NCBI GenBank assembly: GCA_050575255.1
Contig: JBNZDD010013709.1
Span: forward strand, 5,112,788-5,176,787
Origin: Harriotta raleighana
Taxonomy: Eukaryota
Length of the DNA: 64,000 nt
Direction of reading: 5' to 3'
Shown here: piece after piece, positions 49,279-61,789 of the stretch
Numbering within the stretch: the stretch's first letter is position 1
How the letters are laid out: every line of letters starts with the position of its first letter
The notes under the pieces: model-generated
The model's input: only the letters and a program-made list of their open reading frames with translations
What the model was told of the DNA's origin: nothing
The model's database searches: none
Translations under genes and position numbers: made by a program

Positions 49279-50456
49279 TTGCCTCAGAATGAACACAGGA
49301 CTGCAGTCATAGGAGGAAATTAATATCTTTGGAATCAAAGGCTCAACATATAAACAACGGTTGTGCAAGTAGACAGGAAAATTGTATGAATATAAAATCT
49401 AGCAAATCCAATTTGATGTGGAACTGAACAGTTAGAAAATAAAGTACATTTTAGGCAGGGCAGGGTTGATTGAAAAGCAATAAACTGACTCAAAAACATC
49501 AAAATGCACGATTCAATGTTGCAGATGATCCATGGAAAGTATCTGAAAGTAAGCATAGGAGGCAATGACATCCTTTCTCTCTCTCTCTCTCTGTCTCCCC
49601 ATCTGCCCACCCTCCACCTTCTTTTGTTTTGCAAGATTGTTAAAATAACTCGATAAAGGTGGCAAAGGATGATCACTAAGATAGCACTAAGTTTGTACTA
49701 AAATTCAGGGGAGATACAATTCAACACAATACAGTGCAGGACTTTCGTTCTGCTAGTTTTACCTGCGTTGGTAACTTGTGTATGTGTTTGCTCGCGTTGC
49801 AGCAATATTTCTGGTATGCGGGGGAAACCTCGATTTATGAATCGGGATAGTAGACCAAACAGGTGTTTCGTTAATATAATAATTATTGATATCAATAGTT
49901 TCGAACGCATCCGCAGCCCGAGTGAACAAACAAAAAAAAATACCCTTTATCATATCTATTTTATTTTTACAAAAGTAAACGTTTCCGACTTCAATATTCT
50001 GAACGATTTTAGCTTTGGATTTTCCCATTGCAACGAAGTGTCCAGTGAGAGGAGATGCGACTCTCGTTTAACAGTCACATTCATGACAAGAAGCATCAGG
50101 TCGCAGACGAAATAAATGCACAAAAACATTTGGCGTGAAGGTTTCTTCCCTTGCCACCCCCAGCCATCCCACTACTCTTACCCTCTCCCCCTCCCCTTAT
50201 GAAGTCGAGTCCTGTCAACATCCTTGTGTAAATGTTGAATGACCCCTAACATGGGCTGTTGTGTAAGTTTGTTTTCGTTTGTGAGTGAAGAAGTCGAAGC
50301 GAAAAGTGCTCCACACTGAAAGGTCACTTGAAGTCGGCGTAACAAATAAATAAAGAAAGAAAGACATAAATACATACATACATAAATAACTTGCTCACGG
50401 TTTTCAGAAGACACAAAAATACAAACATCTCTCGCCCAACCCATCCTCCCATTTCT

Positions 50457-50462
50457 CCCCCC

Positions 50463-50503
<41 letters not shown>
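50457..50503. repeat. Poly-C run
   Basis: About 45 C with one A; further C/G runs at 50926-50950 and 56482-56498 near gaps. Confidence 0.85.
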
Positions 50504-50592
50504 ACAGCCTCTCTATCTCTCCCCTTCTCCTTTCGAGCATCAAACTGCAGAGCTTCAGGCCTTGTAGCATTAAAATTAATTGTTTGCAATTG

Positions 50593-50606
<14 letters not shown>

Positions 50607-50623
<17 letters not shown>

Positions 50624-50701
50624 TAATAATAATAACAACTGCATTTTGATCCAGCGTCTTATCACGTCTTCTGTGTCACAAAGCGCTTCGCAGAATACAC
50701 T
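50607..50701 (-). mobile_element. SINE tail running into an assembly gap
   Basis: aataataat...ctgcattttgatccagcgtcttatcacgtc...aaagcgcttcgcagaatacact. Confidence 0.75.
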
Positions 50702-50925
50702 NNNNNNNNNNNNNNNNNNNNNNNNNNNNNNNNNNNNNNNNNNNNNNNNNNNNNNNNNNNNNNNNNNNNNNNNNNNNNNNNNNNNNNNNNNNNNNNNNNN
50801 NNNNNNNNNNNNNNNNNNNNNNNNNNNNNNNNNNNNNNNNNNNNNNNNNNNNNNNNNNNNNNNNNNNNNNNNNNNNNNNNNNNNNNNNNNNNNNNNNNNN
50901 NNNNNNNNNNNNNNNNNNNNNNNNN
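50702..50925. other. Assembly gap
   Basis: Run of N. Confidence 1.
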
Positions 50926-51405
50926 CCCCCCCCCCCCCCCCCCCCCCCCCACCCACTCTCCCTACCCCCAACAACAAAAAATCTTGTGTTGCTCTTGTTT
51001 CTGCAATGGACAGACAGACTGAATGCAGGGTTCCTCGATTGTAAAGCAGTGGGTATCAAAATGACCTGCAAAGTGAAATCCAAGCTGCAGCTGCAGAACG
51101 GAAAAGTTGCATTTCTCGAGAGGATCCCGTCTTTCCGGAAAGCAGGAAAGACCATACTGTTCACGACAGAAGAGGGAAAACCTTTGCTGGTCTTCCGAGG
51201 CATCTCAATCAAAGATATTATTTTCCCAACAGCCTGCGATCAGACAAGCCTTGCATGTCTCTAGCCTTCACGCCGAATAAATCATGTTCTAATTTACGTT
51301 CTGCATGTAATTCGAGCGGATTCGAATAACGCTTACAATTTAAATTCAATTATTAATTCGGATTGGTATTTGGTGTCATTTGTTTTGCTTCGAAATTCTC
51401 TTCCT

Positions 51406-51436
<31 letters not shown>

Positions 51437-52978
51437 CCACACACACTTTCTCTACAAACACACACTCACACTCACAAAAGCCAGATTGCTCCTATTAACA
51501 GGGCTTGCACTAAATACTTGTATTGATTTCCTATCTTTGTTTTTTTTAAATAGAATAAATGAGAGAGAAAGTCTTTATGGCTTCCTTGTTCGACAATACA
51601 ATGACGTGGCTGGCAGACACTGATGGATTTAACAGGTTGCTTTCAGTTTTTAATAAGTTAAACTCCATACCATCTTTCTTATGATCAAGCTTATTTTCGA
51701 CAACAAGTGATTTACAATAAAATGGGATTTCCAATTTATCGTTTGAAGTTAATTTTTTTGTGTGTTTGGGGGTAAGGAGGGAGGGAGTGGGAAATGAAGC
51801 CACCTCACCCTTGCCTCTGAAAACTCATGGTTATATTAATCATTTGGGCCCGAGTTTTTGCTTCGGATTTTTGCATGTTGTAATTGTGTTTTATTTTGTG
51901 TTTATTGTATGCAAAGGAGTGGGGGTGTGGGAGGGGGGGAAGCTTTCATACAAATAAACACGTTGAAATGTCGGAGACTTGGCTGTACAATGCAATCCTG
52001 GGTATGAACTGAAAGATTCGGCTAAAAGTTTTGTCCTTATTCGCAAACATGGAAATTTGCTGTTTCAGTTCAGTGTGTAAATCACTGTTCCATCGCCAAT
52101 GATGATTTTACCGAATACCACAACAGCACAAATTGTTGCTCCACACCTTCACCAGTCAAATTCATCAACTTTCCCCAAACTAAATCAGTCCATTTGACTC
52201 TCACTCGATCAACCGCTACCGATCCGCAAATTGTTAAACTACCAATGTGAACCACAATTATAACACGGTAGCAAATTATTTCTTTAACTAATACATTCTT
52301 TTTCCACAAACAGATGGGATTATTTGTTCAGCCCTCGATGTTTTTCATTCGGTTGGTATAAACAATCGTGGACAAATGTTTCGCGCTGCCAAATATATTT
52401 TAAGCACATGGCAAGTTTATCATAATATTGCTATTTTATTTATACAGAGGCTAAACATATTTAGTTTCTTCTCACACATTGTCCATGTGTTGCTGTAGTT
52501 GGGAAGGCTTCGTTGCCTCTTGTGCTTTCTTACTTAGGTTATGCCTTGTTATAGGGAACACACAAATTTTAATTGAAAGGTGCATGTTACACCTTTCACG
52601 GTGTTCAGAGTTTTCAATGATTCTGACTCGTTTGCAAAAGCATTAACTGACTGCAAAGAGAAGCATGCCTTACAGTCATCACAGTTTTATTACACCGCAG
52701 TCACTAAATTGATTTTAAAAATGCGCCTTTTTTTTTGCAGAAGACTATTAAACGGCAAGTTAATTCCCTGAAGACGGGCTATCTCTGCCAGCAGTTATTG
52801 GATCAGAATAAATACAGTCTGTGTTTGAATTATGATCCCTCCACAAATGACTTTCCAAGGATTCCCGAAATCCTGAATTTCTACAATGAAGATCACAGTT
52901 AACCTGACCTGGGTTGCAACCCTTCCATGTTGGGCCAATGGAATCGTGCAACCCTCTCACTTTAACCGAGTGCATTGC

Positions 52979-53268
52979 GGAGTCCGGTAGCTCAGAGCAC
53001 CCGCTTTACAAGCGAGAGACCTGGGTTCGATTCCAGGCAGGGAGAAATCTTGGGCAAGTTTCCTTACTCCACATGCCTAACAATAAAATCCCGCCCAAAA
53101 TAACAAATTGGTCATATTCAATCCACGACTGTTTGTAGGTCATTGCTGTGCCCAATTGACTGCCGCGTTTCTCCCACAAATATATAGTCAATTCACTGCA
53201 TAGTATATTCTGTATTCCGTTCTAAAAGCACTATATGAAATGGAAGGATTATTATTAGTAGTATTATT
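52979..53268 (+). mobile_element. tRNA-derived SINE (short subfamily)
   Basis: ggagtccggtagctcagagcacccgctttacaagcgagagacctgggttcgattcc...tcttgggcaagtttccttactcc...tail. Confidence 0.9.
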
Positions 53269-53516
53269 GTAAGCAAACTAATAATTGCTGATAAATGTAC
53301 CGCTGTACATGGTGCACATGTATCAAAGTTCCTGTTATTATTACTGTTTTATGTAATGTCAAATATTTAACAATAATGTACCCTTCTCGGTATTCATTCA
53401 TAAATCGGAAGGGGGTTTTATGCTTCCTATTTGGAGATGCATTCTTATATGAAAATCATATCCAACAGTCACACAACACATTTTAAACGTCGTCATTCCA
53501 AACCATTTTTTAGTAT

Positions 53517-53780
53517 AATATATTTATTTTATTATTTATTTATTATATTTATATAGCGCCTTCACGTCAGGAGGACGTCCCAAGGCGCTGTACAGTCAAG
53601 TGGGGGGAGGGGTCGGGGGAAGAAAAGCAGGAAAATACTGACTGTATATTTGTGGGCGAAACGCTGTAGCCAAATTGCGCACAGCAGTGTCCCACAAACA
53701 GTCATGGAAGCGAGGGGGCCAGGGATGAAAGGGGGAAAGAGGGCAAGGGGAGGGGTTGGGGTAGGAGGAAGAGAGAAGGA
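53517..53780 (-). mobile_element. Chimeric Deu/L2-type 3' end (sister of 29121)
   Basis: Reverse complement: ...tttcatccctggccccctcgcttccatgactgtttgtgggacactgctgtgcgcaa...tatacagtcagtattttcctgc...cagcgccttgggacgtcctcctgacgtgaaggcgctatataaa(ta)n. Confidence 0.85.
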
Positions 53781-55550
53781 AAACCAGGTGTATATCTGGG
53801 GTGAAATATATAATGAAATATATAATGCTGAATTCACTTCAGACACTGAACACAACTGTTTAGCAAAGACAGTCCAATGGTGGTGAACCCTGGCAACCCC
53901 TTGCCCCCAGCTTGGCTGGTGTCTTCTTTAGCGATTGCAACCCAATGTGAAATACTCCCAAAGGAAGTAAGAAGCAAAACATTTGTCTCGGGTTTTGTTT
54001 TGCTCTCTTTCTTTGTGCAGCTAAAACACTGTACAGCAGTCGCATCGATTGCCTGTCCTCGGAATCCATCGGATGGTCGAGGCCTCACATGAACCAATAC
54101 ATCATGTGGGACAGCATAAAGATGTCACCTTGTTATACAACCCATTTGTTGAAGATCAGAATCATATCCCATTGATGAATTACAGTACGAAATGTCTCTG
54201 GCTCAAACATTTTTCCTTCATAGACATTCTAATTTAATCCCCTTTTACGGTTCATGTAAAGAATGTTAGCCATTTAGATATAATGTCTTTAAGCACTGTA
54301 CTGGAGAGCTGGGGAAATTTATAGTCTGTGTATATACTCTGGCTCCAGATATCACCAGTATAATGGATGGCTGTATTTCATGAATCCAAGTATATCTTCT
54401 CGGCTGCAAGGAATCAAAAGTCATTCCATTTATGGTGCACTAATGTCTCTTAGTTAATCCGCAAGACAGGCAATAAAATTTAGTAGTAAATGCGCTGTTT
54501 GATAACAAAGAACTTTTATTGATTACAGAAACGGTCTAAGCTAAATAAACCACCTTTTTATTATTATATCTGCGGAGAAACTTTACAGCAGTGATTAAGG
54601 CGGCAAAAAAAAAGAGAGACCGTAAAAAAAATTGTGTAAATAAACTGGGAACCTGTTTTAAAGCAAATGCAACCTAAGGGATGGAAAGCAGAGCCAAGGC
54701 TGGAAGAGATAGGATTTGCACAAAGTGTTTTGAGGAATCGAGAACATCAATGTACAATGAGCGCAGACGATTTAACGTCCAGAAAGACTCTGTTCCATCT
54801 CTCACGGATGATACAGTGTCCATCCGGTTAATGAGATGATGATAGTGAAAAATAAAGTGAAATGAACTGAATGTGAAATGAACTGAATGCAAATTCTGCA
54901 ACTATAAAGCTCGTTCTGTTAAAACATGCTGCGGTTTCAGTGGCCTGAAAATATCCTGTGTTTCGAAAACAATCGAAAACGTTGAGTGTTTTGCATATTT
55001 GAGGACCAAAAAAAAAGATTTTTTTTAACATCAACATAAATCTGAGGGGTTTGCAAAGGGAAGACTGACTCTATTTTTTTTTGGGGGGGAGGGAGAGGGA
55101 TGAGGGGATCTATGTTTTGTGACAGCACAGAAAACAGCTGCCGGATGTGATGGGTTTGGGGGGGTTTCTGTCATAAATAAATAAGGCGAAATTGGATAAC
55201 GAGATAAATCATATCTGAAAGTTTGTGGAAAAACTCGGATGAAATGATGCGAGAAAGCACACACACACACACATACACACACAACACACACTCATTTAGC
55301 TCCTTGTGCATCGGTTTACAGACGGGAGACTTGGAATGCACCAAGAAAAAATAATAATGCCAAGATATGTCAACTCCAATATATTTGTTTAGATGCAGAT
55401 GTGAATTATTGAAGTGTGAAGTACCTAAATTGGCTGCAATAGAAAGAAAAAGTAGTATAGGTTTCAGTGATGCCGATTCAAAGAGAGACGAGAAAATCTT
55501 AAAATAAAAAACGAACAGCAAACAGAGACGCTACACAAATTATAAAACCG

Positions 55551-55610
55551 ATTACCCAATTAGTCTATCATTCCTAATAAATAATAGTAGCATCGACGGC
55601 TTTCTCATGT
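55551..55610 (+). repeat. 60-bp local duplication, copy 1 (copy 2 at 56934-56993)
   Basis: Manual ungapped alignment, 54/60 identical. Confidence 0.9.
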
Positions 55611-55859
55611 AGTGCATTTGAGAGCAAACGCATTTATCAGAAATTCCGTCAATGTAATCCGTTTTAATAAATCTGAATGTAAGGCAATAATCTAATAATA
55701 ACTGGTTTCACATCGCCTCCCTCCATTCGGAAGGGTTTAGTTAGATACAGACACACGAATGCACAACAGTTTGGCGAATTATTATCCAGCTCCTTTGTCT
55801 GATGTGATTTTACAAAAGACGATGTGTGTGTGCAAGTATATCATGAACGGATAGGTAAT

Positions 55860-56455
55860 TACATACACACTTGTAGGTGGATTTATCAACTCTCTTCGGC
55901 ATCGAGTTCTTTACTGTGCAAAACATGTCCTATTCATTATTCTCTGCAATGGGCGAGTTATTTTTACTGTGATGTCAAATTAATGGGCAAGATTGCCCCC
56001 CAATTGTAATGCAGTCACTCCACTTGGTACTGGATTACGCCGTGAATTTCAATGGCAATCCAATGGGGGGTGTCCGATTCAAACAGCCTAATGTTTGTGT
56101 TAATGGTGTGTTATTGTACCTATAACAACGCAAGAGTATTTTTGCTTCACAGCTGTTCCCATTTCTTTAGCGAAACACTAAAATACGTGGGTTAATCCCA
56201 CATTTGGAGCCATAAAACACCAATTAGCAGGCTGCTGTTAATGATGTCCATGTATTAGTGTCTAACCAGGTGGAAGGTCTCTCTGTCAGACCAAACACAG
56301 TCAGCCCCCCCACCCACCGCCTCTCTTCAAATGGACCTCACGGAAGACTTGGGAGATCAATAATCAGTTTAATGGAGCTCATTAGGATGATTGCCAGCCA
56401 CCAGCTTGTGAAACTTCCCAGCTCGTTTGCGCTCTGTTACTATGAAGTTGTTTAA
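55860..56455. promoter_or_regulatory. Candidate Hlx 3' conserved enhancer
   Basis: Unique sequence dense in homeodomain motifs (AATTAATG, TAATCC, CCATAAAA, CAATTAG, TAATGGAGCTCATTAG), TGTCA and TGTGAAA. Confidence 0.45.
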
Positions 56456-56611
56456 GGAGAGAGAGAAAAAGAGAGAAAGGTGGGGGGGGGGGGGGGGGGT
56501 TGGTGGGAGAGAGTGCGAAGGACTGCGGTTTGTTTTGTGTGCAGTGTAAAGAGTGGATCATACATCAATCAGCCATGGACCCATCTCCTGCATATACATG
56601 GATAGCTGAGG

Positions 56612-56799
56612 NNNNNNNNNNNNNNNNNNNNNNNNNNNNNNNNNNNNNNNNNNNNNNNNNNNNNNNNNNNNNNNNNNNNNNNNNNNNNNNNNNNNNNNNN
56701 NNNNNNNNNNNNNNNNNNNNNNNNNNNNNNNNNNNNNNNNNNNNNNNNNNNNNNNNNNNNNNNNNNNNNNNNNNNNNNNNNNNNNNNNNNNNNNNNNNN
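56612..56799. other. Assembly gap
   Basis: Run of N. Confidence 1.
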
Positions 56800-56933
56800 T
56801 GTAGAAAAGCCTAATTGATTCTAGCACGATGAAGCATGTTTCCAGCTGAATATCAATGCATTGGCCCAGAAGAGAGAGTGCCACCAATACTGGAGTGCAA
56901 CACATTCCAGGCACACATGGTTCTAATGCGTCA

Positions 56934-56993
56934 ATTACCTAATTAGTCTATCATTCCTATCAAATAATACTAGCATCGACTGCTTTCTAATGT
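56934..56993 (+). repeat. 60-bp local duplication, copy 2
   Basis: 54/60 identical to 55551-55610. Confidence 0.9.
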
Positions 56994-57050
56994 CATGTCC
57001 TTGAACTATTCGTTAAAGAAGTAACCTGATCGATGATATACGTAGTTCCC

Positions 57051-57088
<38 letters not shown>

Positions 57089-57092
57089 ATAT
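57051..57092. repeat. Compound (AT)n(GT)n microsatellite
   Basis: atatatat...gtgtgtgt. Confidence 0.9.
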
Positions 57093-57604
57093 ATTACTTA
57101 TACGTATGTATATATACATAATATATTCTATTATGTATTATATTGTAGATATATATACTTATTCGCTTTGGGCACGCTTTTTTACATTTTGTTTTAAATC
57201 CTGTATTGTTTGTGTGTGTGTTTATATATATATATCTACAGATAAACCGAATCAGTGTACATTCGACTAAAGTAAACACAAAGTGTGTTCAATATAAGTA
57301 GAATCGTATTTGAGACATTGAATTATTTCAATGAAAAGCATCTCTAAGTCAATAAGAAATTGGAAATCCCTTATTTCCAATACCCTAGCCGGTTATTTTG
57401 ACGCACGTAAGAAGGCGATTCCACATTTTCACAATATTTATTTTCTGATAGACTAAATGCTGTTAACATGTAAAAACTGGAGTGAAGTCTACACAGACCC
57501 ACCTAAAAGGAACTGTGTTCTCCGAGGTGCGTGTACGTTATTTTTTAACAACAAAAGCAAATGTTTTATATTTTAGGTTGAAGTATTGCAAAAAAAATTG
57601 ACTT

Positions 57605-57753
57605 GTAAATAATTGCAACTATCACTTGTTTAAACAAAACAATGTAAACAGTGTAAAGGTGCATTTAAAAAGTCGCAGTCAAGCTGTAAACAATACTCTT
57701 TCAATCAATCAAAATTGCATTTATATAGCGCCTTTGCAGGGTCAAGATAAACA
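57605..57753. promoter_or_regulatory. Forkhead motif cluster
   Basis: GTAAATA 57605, TTGTTTAAACAA palindrome 57626, GTAAACA 57644 and 57686, ATAAACA 57747. Confidence 0.4.
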
Positions 57754-58716
57754 ATTCACTGTCCCATTGTTACCCGGGAGAAATCAGTGCTAAATAGGAA
57801 GGGAAGAAGCATTCAAGTGATTTTGGTTTTTATCAGAATATTCACAAGTACAGTAATAGGTTTGCAATTCCATTAGGGATAAGAGTATAGTGTGTGAAGC
57901 CTTTCTCCAGTACTGAATATGCGGTTAGTGTTCTGCAAGCATAGCATTATATTGGCTGCTGGCATCTTGTTAACAGTGACGAGTGTTTACAAGGGATTTA
58001 GACCACGCTTTCTTTCCTAAACAGTATTGTAATTATATTCTCAAGTAATTTCTTTCGGGGCTAAATTTTCTTGAATAACTGAGAGACTTGTAATGTTCTA
58101 TCCAGCAGAATTTTTTTTTAGTCATTACATTTTAAAATATATATATATATACATACATCTAAAAATACATGTGTGTGTGTATGTGTATATACACATTAAG
58201 GTAGATTTCAGAGGAGGCTCTTTCATATTCTCTTCGAGCTGATCACACTCACTGCAAATAAATGCAGTCCCGAAGGCAGGCAGCCCTGCCAAAACATTAG
58301 CCTCGGATTTACTTTTTAATAAACTCGCGTTTATTTTTTTTAAAAAAGTGAATAAAGGTTTTGTGTAAACGGTCGTTCGTGCTTGATGAGCGCTGAACAG
58401 CAATAATAAGGAGGTTTATTTACTGTGAGAAGCGAACGTTGACATTATAGATCTAACAATCTGTCATGGTGGACGCCAGCCAGTCCAGAGCAGTTTAACA
58501 GGGGGCAAGTCCTACTGCCACAGAAATAAACCTTCACATTTCTTCTGTTAACCCATTCTATTTTGTTTGTTCATTTGTGCTCGTGTTTTCTTCTTGTTGT
58601 TGTTTACGGTGCATTTGATGCAGCAACCTTCGGGCGAATGAATGACTTTCCCTGCGCAGATAGATAGCCGGATAGATGCTCATCACTCTTTTAGGTGATG
58701 CTCCCAATCCGGCATT

Positions 58717-58780
58717 ATTCACCTCACTCAGCACTAAATTTATTTGACGTTTGCATCTCTGATCCTTTGACGACCTGTGT
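58717..58780 (+). repeat. 64-bp local duplication, copy 1 (copy 2 at 60296-60359)
   Basis: Manual ungapped alignment, 57/64 identical. Confidence 0.9.
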
Positions 58781-59179
58781 GTCTCTTTTTGCAAGAGGAA
58801 GTGAATATTGTAGGAATATGGGCCTATAATTTTTCTCCCTTTCTACTTTCCCATGTCTGCTATAATACGCTCTGGTTACATTTTGATATTGTTCTATTAT
58901 CATTACTTTATTTCACACGGAGTGGCATTTCTATATACAGAGAAAACCGAACAGCCATATGTTCCCTCCCGCCAAACTGGAGAGTGTATGTAGCTTCAGA
59001 TGGATTCAAACGAACGCAACTCGTTTTCTATTGCTATAAAATTACAGTTTCTATGTTTTCTCGGTTTGGCTTGTAATTTTGGGGAGAGTGTGTTAATGTA
59101 TTTGTGTATTTTACAAGTGTTGATAATGTTTCTGCCCCCCCTCCACCCCTCCTCCACTCCCTCCTTATATGATAGTACA

Positions 59180-59470
59180 GTGCTTATTTATACAGCGACC
59201 GCTCACTGTAATCTGTGGGAATCAAAAGTAATTGGACGACACAACCTCTGGCCCTGTGTAAATAAAAGCAGAAAGTGTCTGTGAAGTTTGGTGCTGGGAA
59301 GGAAATAACACGTGGCAATTTCACTGTCCGCTGTGATAAATCGGACAGCCCTGAAATTATTGTAACTTACCAAAGGCTTCGAGTCTGCCCGCTAAGACTT
59401 TTCTCTTTATTTTTGCTTCCATTGATGTATGAAATTCACCACTTCACTGTTTAGATTGACAGCATGCAAA
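59180..59470. promoter_or_regulatory. Candidate Hlx 3' enhancer
   Basis: GTGGGAA (RBPJ), GTAAATA (FOX), AGGAAA (ETS), CACGTG, TGATAA and TAATTG in unique CpG-retaining sequence. Confidence 0.35.
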
Positions 59471-60295
59471 CTCTGAAAGAAAGGCTTAAATCGGGATTCG
59501 TGCAAAAATAACATTGTTAACCTCAATTCACCCACAAGTATGTTCGGATGGTAATATTATTTAATTCCTCATTTCCTTTACAATGTCTCGATTCCTAAAG
59601 TGGGGGGAGGGGAAAGAATAGTGGCGGGGGTATGCAATAAATCCCCTTTAAACCATCACATACACATGATAGTTTGATATTGAATATATAGTGTTTAATT
59701 AATGTTGATGGCACGGGTTGGGGGGGGGAAGGAGAGAGGGGGCAAAATTCTCCCCTTCGAAAAAAATCAAACATCTTCACATTGAAGTTGAAACATTTTA
59801 ATACAAGGTACATTTAAAACGTAAAGATGGCATGGAATCAACTCGAGAGTTTCTTGAATCAAGTTAAGGGAAGTTCCTATTTCAGGTTATTGGAAAAAAT
59901 AGTCCTGGAAAAATAGGAGATGGTGTGTGAATGGGGATGGTGTGGACTCTTTATAGGAAGTCAACTCAGTAAAGTTGATTTGGGAGCGGTTCAGAATCAA
60001 GTCCAAGTTAGTGTCGGCCAGGGCCAGCTTAATTTGCTTTGAATCAGAGCAAGATAATTGTTTCAAAGATACTTGACATAAATTTTTCAGAGCTCCCTCT
60101 GGTAATACGATCAAAAAGCCCGTTAGAGGAAGCCTCAGTCTACTTTAACTAGGAATATACCTAACACTTTACCAGATCGACAGAAACATCATTTAATTTT
60201 TTTGAGGGTGGTGGTGGGAGGGGGGGGAGGGAGGGGGTGGAGGGACATACTAAATGTCTGAATAAATCATGTTTGCTATTTTACACTCACAGGAA

Positions 60296-60359
60296 ATTCA
60301 CCTCACTAAGTACTAAATTTATTTGATGTTTGTATTTCTGATCCTTTGACGACTTATGT
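60296..60359 (+). repeat. 64-bp local duplication, copy 2
   Basis: 57/64 identical to 58717-58780. Confidence 0.9.
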
Positions 60360-61789
60360 TTTTTTGTATCAATCTTGGGATGCAAAAACCTATTTTGTCC
60401 ACCGAACCTAACAGGTGGGGAAATACATTACCAATAAGACTGTAAGGTTAGAAAAATGCTACGAAAAATCAATCAGACAGGAGATCAGACTGACTCTAAC
60501 GTAAAAGGAGATCAGAGAGAAGGCTGAAGAAAAGAAATCCTGGGAACAACACGACCACAAATGGCTTAGTTCTGCCACAGTCCAGTAGTTGTGTGTCATA
60601 TATTTTAAGGGGAAGAAAATTGATATTTCCTTCACCCACTCTGCAATTGTATTCGAAGAAATCCTTCCCAAATAATAACTAGCTGAGCTCTGGCTGATCG
60701 GATGGATGTCAGTTGTTAAGTGAGCGCAGTGCGAATCATTGGTGTTTTAACGCAGTGTGCTCTCGTGGAGGATTCAGAAAGTGAGTGTCGAAGTCAGGAC
60801 TTGGTGACATGCATTTGCAACCGGTCTGTATGTAACCTCTGCACTAACTTACAAGGAGGTTGTCTTGCTTCCCTGCTCACTCACCCAGTCACTACAACAC
60901 GGGCCATTCAAATAAACAGCCGCCCTAGTGATTAGTACGCCACAGATCAAGCTCAAGATTTTTTAGGGGGGGAGGAGGGGGATTTATTATGTTTAAAAAA
61001 AAGTGTACATTTATGTCATGAAAAACAACTCCACATATAGATTGGAGTACCAGCTGCATGTTACACGCTTTAAAATAGGGACCTGCTTAAAAGCAGTAAC
61101 TGTGTACATTTATTAGTTGCATATCCAAGGGATGGGGAGTTAGTACTTCAACAATAAAAGGATTAAATCAATGGCATAGATCTGATATTTGTTCTTCTTT
61201 GTTACAATCGCAGAACGTCTCTCCAAATATTTTTGAGCGCAAAATATCTTCTATTTAATCTCTGTTGTATAATTTTTTGCAGTTTAATAGATGTCGCTAT
61301 CGTTTGGGTGAGTTTTATTTTATTCCTCATTTGATTTATGTCGAGTTGAAATACACATCCGTATAATTCATAGGTTAATAAAAAGAGAAGAAAAGTAAAC
61401 TACTCTTTAAATGTAGTACTGATTTCATATAATTGCCATCACCGAACTTCAGCGAAAATTCATGTAAACTTCCATAACTTATCATTAAAGTTAATAATAA
61501 TAACAATAAAGCAAAAGGCCAATGTTGATCAAGAGGAAAACTAGCCCCACCCCCAACCCCCCCCCCCTCCCCCCCCCACACCTCGCCCCACTCTGTGTCA
61601 AGTCTGACGTTTTACAAAACAGAGAAAAAAATATTGGTTTACCAATTTAAAATAATATCTCAAAGTCGGCAGTGAAAAGCTGATTTCACATTCAAAAAGA
61701 AAACCTTTTTTTTTGCTCGAGAGATAGAGAGAGAGAAGGGGAAGGTTCTCAAAGGGGTCGCTAGCATTCACAATGAAGAGCCGATTAGA

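Noticed and set aside
50178-51044. ORFs with poly-Gly/poly-Pro and X runs
   Set aside because: Products of poly-C runs and the N gap; homopolymer lengths near gaps are unreliable
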